This document shows positions 1 to 9,543 of a stretch of DNA of 64,000 bases, in pieces. Under the pieces are notes generated by a model, which did not search any database, had not been told where the DNA came from, and worked only from the letters and a program-made list of their open reading frames with translations. Within the stretch, counting starts at the first letter, position 1; each line of letters begins with the position of its first letter. The stretch comes from an uncultured Candidatus Saccharibacteria bacterium. Lineage in GTDB: Bacteria; Patescibacteriota; Minisyncoccia; Phycocordibacterales; UBA9973. The stretch covers positions 417 through 64,416 of the forward strand of contig CAYNLU010000001.1 in NCBI GenBank assembly GCA_964398205.1. Direction: 5' to 3'. The position numbers and the translations under genes are program-made.

Positions 1-8
1 TTTATATT

Positions 9-314
9 TTAAACAATCAAATCATACAATTTATTAATTTTACCCAAAGGTATTAAACACTCAGCTCCTATTTCACGATGTTTTATATTAATTTCTTTTT
101 GTAAGTTAGGTTGTAGTATACCTGTTTCAACATCTTTTAAACCAATAGTATAATATTCCTGGTTTATCTGAAAGATAAAAAAAATTTCTCTTTTTATCTT
201 TTCTTCTGTTAATGTTAAAATAGCCTCTTCTTTATAAATAGTTTCGAGTTTTTGGCACCAAGAAATCCACAAATCTTTTTTGCCTTCTTTAATTTTAAAT
301 AAATTCCCTTTCAT
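9..314 (-). CDS. hypothetical protein, possibly DUF6176 family
   Basis: 101 aa ORF; N-terminal FKIKEGK..W pattern recalls DUF6176. Confidence 0.5.
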   Translation of the reverse strand: MKGNLFKIKEGKKDLWISWCQKLETIYKEEAILTLTEEKIKREIFFIFQINQEYYTIGLKDVETGILQPNLQKEINIKHREIGAECLIPLGKINKLYDLIV

Positions 315-326
315 TTTTACTATTTA

Positions 327-360
327 AAAAGAACCTGTAAATCTCATACAGGTTCTTTTG
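327..360. terminator. intrinsic terminator-like hairpin
   Basis: aaaagaacctgta/tacaggttctttt inverted repeat. Confidence 0.6.
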
Positions 361-364
361 TTAA

Positions 365-826
365 TTAATCGTCATCACCATCATCAATATCATAAGTACA
401 TACACATACTTTTCTATCCCAAATAGATTCGTCGACTACACCGAACAGTTTCTCCATTATAGGAATAGTTGAAAGTAAATAACTAGGCAGTAAAGCATTT
501 CTTTCCTCTTCGTTTTTGGTAGGAGTATGATGAACATATCCTCCCATAACATTTGAACAGAAATCATGATACGATCTTGTGTGTGAAATATGAGCATGAG
601 CAAAATGATCTACTGGAGCAGACATTGGAAATTTTTTACCTTTATTTAAATAAATCATACAAAGATATTTTTTCCATTCAATTTCTAATAATATAAGGTA
701 AGATTCGGCTAAACCTTCCTTATCTTTAATGTGCCCCCTGACATCACTCATATCGGTACTCATAATTCCGGCAAAGACGTTTTTGTCCATACCAACAGGA
801 CAACTAACTGATAAACAACCATTCAT
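365..826 (-). CDS. glycine-rich-domain-containing (GRDP-like) protein
   Basis: VDxxxHAHIxxTxxYxxFC...GxVHHxP motif. Confidence 0.6.
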   Translation of the reverse strand: MNGCLSVSCPVGMDKNVFAGIMSTDMSDVRGHIKDKEGLAESYLILLEIEWKKYLCMIYLNKGKKFPMSAPVDHFAHAHISHTRSYHDFCSNVMGGYVHHTPTKNEEERNALLPSYLLSTIPIMEKLFGVVDESIWDRKVCVCTYDIDDGDDD

Positions 827-929
827 TTGTTTAAATATTTAAAAAATAAAATAACAATATTGTTATAAATACTATACAAAATTAAATAACATTTGTAAAT
901 ACATACATATGCACTCAAGTTATATCACA

Positions 930-1850
930 TTAAATAAAAAGTAATAAAGAACCTAGGAGCATAAGTATCATTGAAGCAAATTTAATTTTTAAATTTTCTT
1001 TTGAAATATCTTCTTTGATTAATTTTGGCAAAAATTTCGTACCTAAAATAGCGAGGATTAGAACTATTGCTGGCTGGAAACTTCCTACGAGATAAACTAA
1101 AGTTACCGGCGCGAGTAATAAAGCATAATTTGTAAGCAAGTTGCCTGCTATAGTTAAAAACTCACTAAAAATATTTAAAATAAAAATTTTCTTGCCTCCT
1201 GTTTTATTCATAAAATGAAATTCATTGCGATATTTAGGAACAAAAAGATAAATTAAAATCCCAGTAACTCCAAGCCCAATATATTCCCAAAAAGAAGCAA
1301 TCCAGAAATTATTATCTATAGTTACATATTTAAAAATTACTCCTGACACTGCTACTAATAAACAAGCAATAGACATATATAAAACTGGTTTATGCTTTAA
1401 TTTTCTACTTCCTTTTTGCCAATCTATAGATACTAAAGCAACTCCAATCAGTATTATTAAAGAACCTAATAATTCTTTATTAGACAAAGTCTCGCCCAAG
1501 AAAAAATATCCTAAGATATAACCGAAAATAGGTACAGTTAAAAACCAAGGAACAACATTCGAAACCTCTTCTATCTCAAGAGCAAAAAGATAAAACACAA
1601 TCCAAACAATAGTAAGTATTCCAGTAATAAAGAGTAATACCTTATCCCCTAAAGAAATTGAAAATAAATTTGGAGTAAATAAAAATATTAAAACTGCAAT
1701 CAAAATTCCTATTAAACTAGAAAATAAAACTAAACCGCCCGAGCTACGTTCACGTTCTTTCGTAGAAAAATTCGCAACTAAATAGTTATCAAAAATATTT
1801 ACAATTGCCCACAAAAAAGGAGCTCCTAAAGCAATTAAAAACCAATTCAT
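930..1850 (-). CDS. EamA/DMT family transporter
   Basis: ~10 hydrophobic helices in two repeats, FLGE motif; start moved to MNWF. Confidence 0.85.
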   Translation of the reverse strand: MNWFLIALGAPFLWAIVNIFDNYLVANFSTKERERSSGGLVLFSSLIGILIAVLIFLFTPNLFSISLGDKVLLFITGILTIVWIVFYLFALEIEEVSNVVPWFLTVPIFGYILGYFFLGETLSNKELLGSLIILIGVALVSIDWQKGSRKLKHKPVLYMSIACLLVAVSGVIFKYVTIDNNFWIASFWEYIGLGVTGILIYLFVPKYRNEFHFMNKTGGKKIFILNIFSEFLTIAGNLLTNYALLLAPVTLVYLVGSFQPAIVLILAILGTKFLPKLIKEDISKENLKIKFASMILMLLGSLLLFI

Positions 1851-1906
1851 ATAAATATGATAACATAAATAAAAATTAGACTCTATTTTAATGTCCACTT
1901 ATTCTA

Positions 1907-2313
1907 GCATTTGCGCGAACCTTTTTCGAGAGCCAAACGGACTAATCGCATACCGTTGCGCTTGCGCGCCTCTGTGCGAAGCACAGAGATTTCCTAAAGG
2001 GAAAGTACGGATATGCGAATACACTGCGGACTCGGTTTTGCGAAGCTATCTTTTCTGGGAAAAGGATTCGCAAAACCTCGGCTGTTTTCCGCGCGCAAGG
2101 AAGGGTCTGGGAGGGAATGCGCGCGGGATTCTCGGCGGGATTTTTGGGGCGGGTAAAAACGAAAAGCAAAACTCAAAACAGAAAATCAAATTGATATTGT
2201 CTCGGCTATTTCTTTTGCTATTGGTTGTCCGAGTCTAAAGGAGATAAGCCCTCGGTATCCGCGTAAGTACACGCGGATACTTTGCCCACCCATGCGCGCA
2301 TGAATTTTGCTCC
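1907..2313. repeat. GC-rich, multi-hairpin intergenic element (REP/MITE-like or ncRNA)
   Basis: many inverted repeats, e.g. ctctgtgc/gcacagag, ggttttgcgaa/ttcgcaaaacc, gtatccgcgt/acgcggatac; GC clearly above the flanks. Confidence 0.55.
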
Positions 2314-3414
2314 CTAATTAATCCAAATATTTATATCTATTTTTTCTCCAACAATTTGCTCAAAATAAGTTGCTCCTATAGCAATACCAACAGAGGTTAG
2401 ATTTAAATGCTTTAAATTTTTATCCCAAATTTCAAAAACCTTTTTCCCAACATTAATCTTATCTTCAATTTCTTTTCTTACCTCGCCAGTAGATTTAATT
2501 TTATTTTCAAACAGACTCTTTATTTTAGTTCCAATATCAGGTTCAATGGATTCTTTTTTAATGTAATCCTCAATAGAATTTTTATTTCTAAATCGAATAG
2601 ACAAGTTTTCCTTTTCATTTTTACCAATAACTTTTACCTTTAGATCTTCGGGGAGTGAAAGATTATTAATTTCTTCTTCACTTATATCGTTCTGAAACAA
2701 AAAGGAATATTCTTGCTGATAAATCTGATCAAGATTCCATGATCCTATCCCAATACTTCCACACCCCGCATATTCTATATGCTGAAATTGAGAATCTGTA
2801 TTATTAAAATCTATAAAAGGTGATATATTTTTTGCGAAGTAGTTTTTAAATGCGTCCCAAGAGTTGATGTTTAAAAAAGAGACATATCTTAATAAGTAAC
2901 AAAGTGTAATAATTTTTAATTGATCAGAAGTAATTTTACCAATTGTCGTTATTGCCTCATTGTAAACAATATTCTTTAATTCTTCTTTTCCACTTTGGTC
3001 GTTCTTTATGCGGTTTATAACTAAGTCTGCTAATACTGCTCTAAGGTCAGGATTTTGTTTGCGTCCGCTAATAGTCGCAGCTTCCAATAAAGCCATTTGC
3101 GTATCAGGTTCTTTTAGTTTTAAAATTTCTTCTTCTGGCAGAGTAGCTAACTTCTCTTTAAGAATATTTCCAAACTCTTGAGTCCTAAGTCGGTATTCAT
3201 CCTTCGCTTCATTTTTAAAAACCATTAATTTTTGATCAATAACAGACTCGACTAAATCTTTTGCTTCTGTATATGAAAGCCCTTGATAAATAACCGCTTT
3301 ATCAATTTTATTTTCTATCTCCTGGTTAATTTTTACTGTCGGCGAATTAACCTTTTCAGATTTTACACTGATGTTAAATTTGCCAATTATATTTTTAAAC
3401 CAAGATAAATCCAT
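2314..3414 (-). CDS. LPO_1073/Vpar_1526-like protein
   Basis: GLSYxEAK, EPDxQ, EAIxTIxKIT and HIEYAGC motifs. Confidence 0.6.
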   Translation of the reverse strand: MDLSWFKNIIGKFNISVKSEKVNSPTVKINQEIENKIDKAVIYQGLSYTEAKDLVESVIDQKLMVFKNEAKDEYRLRTQEFGNILKEKLATLPEEEILKLKEPDTQMALLEAATISGRKQNPDLRAVLADLVINRIKNDQSGKEELKNIVYNEAITTIGKITSDQLKIITLCYLLRYVSFLNINSWDAFKNYFAKNISPFIDFNNTDSQFQHIEYAGCGSIGIGSWNLDQIYQQEYSFLFQNDISEEEINNLSLPEDLKVKVIGKNEKENLSIRFRNKNSIEDYIKKESIEPDIGTKIKSLFENKIKSTGEVRKEIEDKINVGKKVFEIWDKNLKHLNLTSVGIAIGATYFEQIVGEKIDINIWIN

Positions 3415-3417
3415 AAA

Positions 3418-4284
3418 TTAAAAGTAAATTTTATTTATTTGATGACCAGTATGTTCATTATCGTAATTTTTGACAATAATTCTATCTCCAGTTTTTTCTA
3501 TTTGAATATTAGACTTGTAATCAGAGTCAATATTTTTATTAAAATCAAACATACTAAACTCATGGACATTAAATTCTAACTTGGGTTCAAATGAAACAAG
3601 TTCAGCTGGAAAATCTATAGAATTTACTTTTTCAATGTCATTAAAAGTTTCCCTCACATCTAAATCTCTTCTTTGTTTTTCTCTTTGATTAAAAAACATA
3701 ATAAGTTCTTGTGGCTTTTGTAAAACTGCCTTAAGACCATCTGTCATCAAGAGATCTTTTTTAAGTCGTAGAGATAAACCTGATTTACTTACATAATAAA
3801 TTGAATCTCTGCCTTGTCCAGCATAGGAATTAAGTTGGTCATAATATTCCGATTCTGAAGCATCACCTTTAAAGTTAAAATCGTGATACTGACTAAGTAC
3901 AAAGGCATGATTAGTGCTAAACTTATGTTTCCATATTTCTTTACTTTCAATATATTGGACTAATTTCTCAAACTGGTCATTAGTAAAATCAATGTCCCCC
4001 TGATTGGCTTCATATTGTGATTCTCTTTTTATCTTCCGCCTTAAGGTAGAAGCATCATCCTCAGACAAAGAATTGATGGTCTTGTTTAACTCTTCAGTTT
4101 TCATTTCTTCAATCTCGGTGGCTGTAAAATTATGATTTGAACGTGCATAAGTACTGTCATCAGAGTAACTTTCTTTTGAAAGTTGTTCCAAAAATGAAAA
4201 AATATCTTGAACAGACCGAAGTTCTTCTTTTGGAATTTCAATATGCTTTTCAAAATTATTAAATTGTGGTTTTTCTAAATTCAT
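3418..4284 (-). CDS. hypothetical protein
   Basis: 288 aa ORF closely spaced with neighbours. Confidence 0.75.
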   Translation of the reverse strand: MNLEKPQFNNFEKHIEIPKEELRSVQDIFSFLEQLSKESYSDDSTYARSNHNFTATEIEEMKTEELNKTINSLSEDDASTLRRKIKRESQYEANQGDIDFTNDQFEKLVQYIESKEIWKHKFSTNHAFVLSQYHDFNFKGDASESEYYDQLNSYAGQGRDSIYYVSKSGLSLRLKKDLLMTDGLKAVLQKPQELIMFFNQREKQRRDLDVRETFNDIEKVNSIDFPAELVSFEPKLEFNVHEFSMFDFNKNIDSDYKSNIQIEKTGDRIIVKNYDNEHTGHQINKIYF

Positions 4285-4288
4285 AAAA

Positions 4289-4882
4289 TTATTTTTTATT
4301 CTTTCCCAAATATAAATTTCTTTCTTTCAATACAAAATTCCAATAATCGGGAATGAACTCTTGATTGCATCTTGATAGGAAATCCCCGAAAAACTTTCTC
4401 GATTCAGGAGTATCTTTTGCTAAATATTCTTTTAATTTTTCTTCACCTAGTTCGTCAAATATCTTATTATCTTTCAAAACTCTAAGCGCCGTTGAAACGT
4501 GAACCCCAGGACGAAGATCGGTGGTAAATTTATTCTCTTTTCTCCCGTTAAAAGCTAATTGCCAAATATAATGTCTAAATTCTTTTCCGTCTAACTTTCG
4601 CATCCAGTCGTAAGTATAAAAAGCTTTTTGTCCTTCTTTTAAATTAGTACGATCTAAGTTTGCGTATTCACCGCGATCGTCTGTAGAGCTTAATACTATT
4701 TTTTGATTACTTTGATCAAAATGATAGTCAGATTGCCCACAAAGATCTCCGTGCCCAGTTAAATTGCCATTTATCGATACAACGTATTGAAAATTAGGAT
4801 TTGTTTTAACAAGATCAAGCATCTTTTTAACCCTTTCCTTTTCTAAATTATTTTCATTATTTTCCGGTAATTTTTCGTACAT
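4289..4882 (-). CDS. hypothetical protein
   Basis: 197 aa ORF. Confidence 0.75.
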   Translation of the reverse strand: MYEKLPENNENNLEKERVKKMLDLVKTNPNFQYVVSINGNLTGHGDLCGQSDYHFDQSNQKIVLSSTDDRGEYANLDRTNLKEGQKAFYTYDWMRKLDGKEFRHYIWQLAFNGRKENKFTTDLRPGVHVSTALRVLKDNKIFDELGEEKLKEYLAKDTPESRKFFGDFLSRCNQEFIPDYWNFVLKERNLYLGKNKK

Positions 4883-4919
4883 AAAAAAAATTAATAATTT
4901 TTAATAAAATTAAACAATG

Positions 4920-4992
4920 TCCGCCCTCTTGGACTCGAACCAAGGACACTTCGAGTATAAGTCGAATGCTCTACCAACTGAGCTAAGGGCGG
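4920..4992 (-). tRNA. tRNA-Ile(UAU)
   Basis: cloverleaf: acceptor CCGCCCT/AGGGCGG, D arm GCTC/GAGC, anticodon stem TTCGA-CTTATAC-TCGAA, T arm CTTGG-TTCGAGT-CCAAG, A73; CCA not encoded. Confidence 0.92.
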
Positions 4993-5651
4993 ATTTTAGA
5001 AATTACTGATAAATATTTTAAGGAAGTTAAAATATATTCATATAAATCTCTATTATTAAATATTACGGAGCAAGTTCCTTTACCGAAACCTTTTTGATAA
5101 TTCAAGCTTTTTTTAATACTTTTCTTAACATAAGGCTTATAAAACTGCTCTTTATCTATTCTAAGCTCTTTTTGCCAAAAATCAATAGCTTCATCAATAT
5201 TCATGTCTTGATATAGATGAAGTTTAATTCTTAGGTGAGATTTTTTAACTTTAAATAATTCTAGCCATCTAAGAAAAAATTTAATCATGTTTGGATTGGT
5301 ATTCGTAAATTCAACAGAACAATTTTTAGTTTTTGTCCCTTCTCCCCAATACAAAAATAAACCTGATATGAATAAATCTCTTTTTGATAATTTTCCTATA
5401 TCTTTTGAAACTTTCTTAAAAACTTGATCCAATCTAGCTTCTTTTTTAGCTTTCATGGTATTCCTAAATCTTTCAATTCTAATAGGATTATCATCTCTCA
5501 ATATTTTAATACGTGCATCAGACAAGGGCATATCAGAAAGCCAATTACTCAAAGTACTTTTACTTATTTTTAGACTATCTTTTATTTGACTATAACTCAT
5601 ACCTTTCTTACGCATGGTTATAGCTTTTTGTTTATCTAATTTTCTTGCCAT
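4983..5651 (-). CDS. HTH plus LAGLIDADG-like domain protein
   Basis: N-terminal HTH (GMSYSQIKDSLKISKSTLSNW); GLFLYWGEGTK..VEFTNTNP is LAGLIDADG-like; stop lies inside the tRNA. Confidence 0.7.
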   Translation of the reverse strand: MARKLDKQKAITMRKKGMSYSQIKDSLKISKSTLSNWLSDMPLSDARIKILRDDNPIRIERFRNTMKAKKEARLDQVFKKVSKDIGKLSKRDLFISGLFLYWGEGTKTKNCSVEFTNTNPNMIKFFLRWLELFKVKKSHLRIKLHLYQDMNIDEAIDFWQKELRIDKEQFYKPYVKKSIKKSLNYQKGFGKGTCSVIFNNRDLYEYILTSLKYLSVISKIRP

Positions 5652-5715
5652 AAATACGAACCTACAAATTACTACTATATAAATAGTATACCATAGTTCA
5701 TATATCTAATTATAG

Positions 5716-7599
5716 TTACACTGCTTTAAATTCCTCAGATTTTTTCGGGACGATTCCAAAAGAAGAAATAAGCTCATCGTATTCGGCTTGCTCTAAAGTT
5801 TCTACTTCAATCAATTTCTTTGCGATAGCATCTAAGACTTCTTTTTTATCTTTTAGAACTTGCTCTGCTTTTTCTAATGCTTCGTGAATAATCTTTGAAA
5901 CTTCATTATCTATACTTTTCGCAACTTCTTCAGAGTAAGGCTTTTCGTCATTATTCCGTCCGATATATGCAATAGGTCCGATAACGTTAGACATACCCCA
6001 ACGTGTGACCATAGCGCGAGCCATATTAGTCGCAACTTGCAAATCTGAAGAAGGACCAGTAGTCAAATCTCCGAAAATCATTTTCTCGGCAACGTAACCT
6101 CCGAGAGACATAGCGATATCATCTTGGAATTCTTTACGAGATTGCAATTTTCTATCTTCTAGAGGAAGCTTCAAAGTATATCCTCCTGCAGATCCACGAG
6201 AAATAATCGAAACTTTATGCACAGGATCCGCATCAGGCAAAACCGAAGCCACAAGAGCGTGACCTGCTTCGTGATAAGCAGTTATTTCTTTTTCCTTTTT
6301 AGAAAGCAAATGACTCTTGCGTTCAGGTCCGAGCATAACTTTTTCGATAGCTTTTATCAAGTCTAATTGCGCAACCTTTTTCCTATCTTCACGAGCAGCA
6401 AGTATAGCTCCTTCATTCATCACAGAATATAAATCCGCCCCTGAAAATCCAGGAGTTCGTTCTGCTATAACTCGCAAATTTACATCCGCCTCTAAAGGCT
6501 TTTTCATAGAATGAATTTTAAGAATCTCTTCACGGTCATTACGATCAGGTAAATCTAAAGTTACCTTACGATCAAAACGTCCTGGGCGAACGAGTGCCGG
6601 ATCAAGTACGTCAGCTCGATTAGTCGCTGCCATAACGATAACTTTATCAGTCGGCTCGAAACCATCCATCTCAACTAAGATTTGATTTAAAGTTTGTTCA
6701 CGTTCATCATTACCTCCCCCTACTCCAGTTCCACGTACGCGTCCAATAGCATCTATCTCATCTACGAATATTATCGACGGAGATGCACGCTTTGCCATCT
6801 TGAAAAGATCTCGCACACGAGAAGCTCCAACTCCTACGAACATCTCCACGAATTCAGATCCTGAAAGATGAAAGAAAGGCACTCCTGCTTCCCCTGCTAC
6901 AGCTCGCGCAAGCATAGTTTTACCTGTACCTGGAGCACCGGTAAGCATAACTCCTTTAGGGATACGAGCTCCGATATCTAAGAACTTTTTAGGACTTTTT
7001 AAGAAATCTACTATCTCTCCAAGCTCTTCTTTAGCTTCTTTGGCTCCGGCTACGTCTTTAAAGGTAACGCGATTATTCTTATCATTTGGGTCTGTGATAC
7101 GAGCTTTAGATTGACCGAAAGTAAAAGCTTGCATACCTTGCCCTTTGACTTGACGAGAAAGATACCAAAAGAAAAATACAATAAATAATATAGGTAAAAG
7201 AAAAGGTAAAATATTTAATAAAACTACCATAAATCCGCTAGGATTTTTAACTTCGATATTTACGTTTTGAAGAGCAGTCTTATCTACTCCTAATTCGGAA
7301 AAGGTTTGAGAAAGCGATGCTTCAGCTTCTTTTTTAGTTTTTTTGATTTCTTCATTCAAGAAAACAGCTTCGATTTCTTCACCTTCTACTTTAATACTTT
7401 TAACTTGATTAGTAGATACAGCGTTTGCTAATTCAGAGATTGAGATTTCGGTAGTCTTTTTATTCTCTCCACTAATAGCGAGATAAAGAGCGGTCAAGAT
7501 CATCATAATCAAAATAGTAGAAACTATTGAAGATGATAAAGATCCTTCACTTTTTTTCTTTTTTTTATTACCCTTTTCATTTAAAAAATTTAAATTCAT
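5716..7599 (-). CDS. ftsH: ATP-dependent zinc metalloprotease FtsH
   Basis: 2 TM segments, [30 protein letters not shown]. Confidence 0.98.
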   Translation of the reverse strand: MNLNFLNEKGNKKKKKSEGSLSSSIVSTILIMMILTALYLAISGENKKTTEISISELANAVSTNQVKSIKVEGEEIEAVFLNEEIKKTKKEAEASLSQTFSELGVDKTALQNVNIEVKNPSGFMVVLLNILPFLLPILFIVFFFWYLSRQVKGQGMQAFTFGQSKARITDPNDKNNRVTFKDVAGAKEAKEELGEIVDFLKSPKKFLDIGARIPKGVMLTGAPGTGKTMLARAVAGEAGVPFFHLSGSEFVEMFVGVGASRVRDLFKMAKRASPSIIFVDEIDAIGRVRGTGVGGGNDEREQTLNQILVEMDGFEPTDKVIVMAATNRADVLDPALVRPGRFDRKVTLDLPDRNDREEILKIHSMKKPLEADVNLRVIAERTPGFSGADLYSVMNEGAILAAREDRKKVAQLDLIKAIEKVMLGPERKSHLLSKKEKEITAYHEAGHALVASVLPDADPVHKVSIISRGSAGGYTLKLPLEDRKLQSRKEFQDDIAMSLGGYVAEKMIFGDLTTGPSSDLQVATNMARAMVTRWGMSNVIGPIAYIGRNNDEKPYSEEVAKSIDNEVSKIIHEALEKAEQVLKDKKEVLDAIAKKLIEVETLEQAEYDELISSFGIVPKKSEEFKAV

Positions 7600-7664
7600 A
7601 GCTATATGATAGCATAAAAAGTGTTAAAAACGAATAAAAAATAAAAATATGATAGAATCAATAT

Positions 7665-8108
7665 GTGAGTAGTTATATAGAAAACCGCAAAGCATATTTT
7701 GACTATGAAGTCCTCGAAAAATACGAAGGCGGTTTAGAATTACTCGGAACTGAAGTGAAATCTATCCGTAAAGGTAAAGCTTCCCTGCAAGGATCATTTA
7801 TCATCGTACGCGGAGGTGAGGTTTTCCTAATTAATGCAAATATCCAACCTTATCAAGTAAATAATATAGATAAAGATTACGATACTTTAAGGAATCGCAA
7901 AATCCTTTTAACTAAAAAAGAAATCCGAGAATTAGTAGAGACTGACCAAAATAAAAGTTTGACAATAGTACCTTTAGCCTTGTATAATAAAGGACGCAAA
8001 ATCAAAATAGAGATTGCAGTCGTTCGCGGTAAAAAGAAATTCGACAAAAGAGAAAGTATTAAGAAACGAGAAACCGATCGGATTATCAGACGCGAATACA
8101 AGAGGTAG
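7665..8108 (+). CDS. smpB: SsrA-binding protein
   Basis: NRKAYFDY, GTEVKSIR, GKKKFDKRE; adjacent to tmRNA. Confidence 0.97.
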   Translation: MSSYIENRKAYFDYEVLEKYEGGLELLGTEVKSIRKGKASLQGSFIIVRGGEVFLINANIQPYQVNNIDKDYDTLRNRKILLTKKEIRELVETDQNKSLTIVPLALYNKGRKIKIEIAVVRGKKKFDKRESIKKRETDRIIRREYKR

Positions 8109-8128
8109 TTTTTTGAAAATTGTAAATT

Positions 8129-8511
8129 GGGGATGCAAGGCATAGACAAGAGCCGTATTTATTTATGCATACCGAGATGGATTCTCTCGTAAACTAATCC
8201 AAAGCCTAATTGCAAAATTAGCATCTAAGGTAAAAGTAGCTTCTCCATACTTCAGTATGAAGAACTTTGCTTTTGCTCCAGCTTTCGCTTAAGGAAGCCG
8301 GTGTCAGTTTTATAGACTTCCGATATATAAAAACTGGCAACATTTATCGGGATAAGAAATATATTGCCGAATATGTTTACGAAAATTTAGGCTCGATTAA
8401 AAAATATTTTGCTTATTTAATAATTTTTTAATCTAAAACGATAAATATGCTAAGTATGTAGATTTAAATGAAGAAACCTTTTGCACGGGGGTTCGATTCC
8501 CCCCTTCTCCA
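8129..8511 (+). ncRNA. ssrA: tmRNA
   Basis: 5' GGGGATG, 3' GGGGGTTCGATTCCCCC CTTCTCCA with G3:U; tag frame 8212-8292 ending AFA*; directly after smpB. Confidence 0.95.
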
Positions 8512-8517
8512 CAAAAT

Positions 8518-8560
8518 AAAAAACCACTTTGTACTTTTACTTAGGTGGTTTTTTGTTTTT
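8518..8560 (+). terminator. tmRNA terminator
   Basis: aaaaaaccac/gtggtttttt stem plus T tract. Confidence 0.65.
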
Positions 8561-8780
8561 TCAATTTAATAACTTTAATAATTATTTTTGATTTAAAAAT
8601 ATAAATCAAGACTATTTTTACCTTAAATAAGAATTTTGGAGTAAAAAGTTTTTTTATTAAAAAAGTTACTAATTGCTCAGTTGAGTTCCTGTTAGGATCT
8701 AAATCTACAATATACTCATATACCGTAAACTCTAAAGTATCTCGAATTGATTTAATTATTTTTCTCATTTCCAAGAACAA
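8541..8780 (-). CDS. possible small hypothetical protein
   Basis: 79 aa AT-rich ORF with TGCTATACT extended -10 upstream; no recognisable motif. Confidence 0.3.
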   Translation of the reverse strand: MFLEMRKIIKSIRDTLEFTVYEYIVDLDPNRNSTEQLVTFLIKKLFTPKFLFKVKIVLIYIFKSKIIIKVIKLKKQKTT

Positions 8781-9016
8781 TTTGATACAAATCCTAGTAT
8801 AGCAAAATGTATAAAAATACGAAGATAACCCTTCATAAAGTTATCCACAGGTTAAAGGTTTTAAGTATTGATTCTATATATAAAAGGAGTATATTAATAC
8901 TTATATTAGTTCTTTCAAAAGACTTGTGAAAGTTAGGTTGTTGGATTCGTTTTAAGCTTATATCGAGCTTAAAACGAATCTAATAACTTTCTTAACTTTT
9001 TTAAAACACGGAGATA

Positions 9017-9376
9017 ATGAAGAAAATTTTTCTGATTTTATTTCTGGGGTTGATAGCATTAATTTGCGGTCCCCCACAAAGATTGTTCGCTTCAGCGAAT
9101 AGCAACGCCACAACAGTGGCACAGAAAATATATTTTAAGAATACCATCGCCGGCGCAATTGCCAGCACCATTACAAACCAGGAGCTTTCCTGGACAAAAA
9201 CGGTAGCTGCCGAACAGCCTGCATTGCCTGAATACACGGGCAAAACAAATTATTTTTTAAATAACCGGCAATTTGCCAAAATCCCTGATAGTAAACTTTT
9301 CAAGATCATTTATGATAATAATCTAAAAAACAAACTCATCCTGGGTTTCGGGCAACGCCTCCATCAGGAGGCATAA
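9017..9376 (+). CDS. hypothetical exported protein
   Basis: signal-peptide-like MKKIFLILFLGLIALIC...LFA. Confidence 0.6.
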   Translation: MKKIFLILFLGLIALICGPPQRLFASANSNATTVAQKIYFKNTIAGAIASTITNQELSWTKTVAAEQPALPEYTGKTNYFLNNRQFAKIPDSKLFKIIYDNNLKNKLILGFGQRLHQEA

Positions 9377-9486
9377 TCAAAGATGTCACCCCGTGGCATC
9401 CCCCTTAGCTACTCTGTAGCACAAGTCTGTACTGATTAGATCCTTATGGGTCAGATCAAAAAAACATAGTAGCAATACTAAATATT

Positions 9487-9513
9487 GACCCGTCCTCCGG
9501 ATGGGTCTTTTTT
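9487..9513 (+). terminator. intrinsic terminator
   Basis: gacccgtcc-tcc-ggatgggtc plus tttttt. Confidence 0.75.
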
Positions 9514-9543
9514 ATTCCCATTTTTATATGATAAAATTAAATT

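Noticed and set aside
1891-2238. Three overlapping ORFs (115, 75 and 60 aa)
   Set aside because: Explained by the stop-poor GC-rich palindromic element; composition is unlike real genes here
1907-2313. RNase P RNA or self-splicing intron
   Set aside because: No GAGGAAAGUCC-type P4 motif and no group I/II core motifs seen on either strand
8841-8849. Replication origin
   Set aside because: Only one DnaA box noticed, and no dnaA/dnaN nearby
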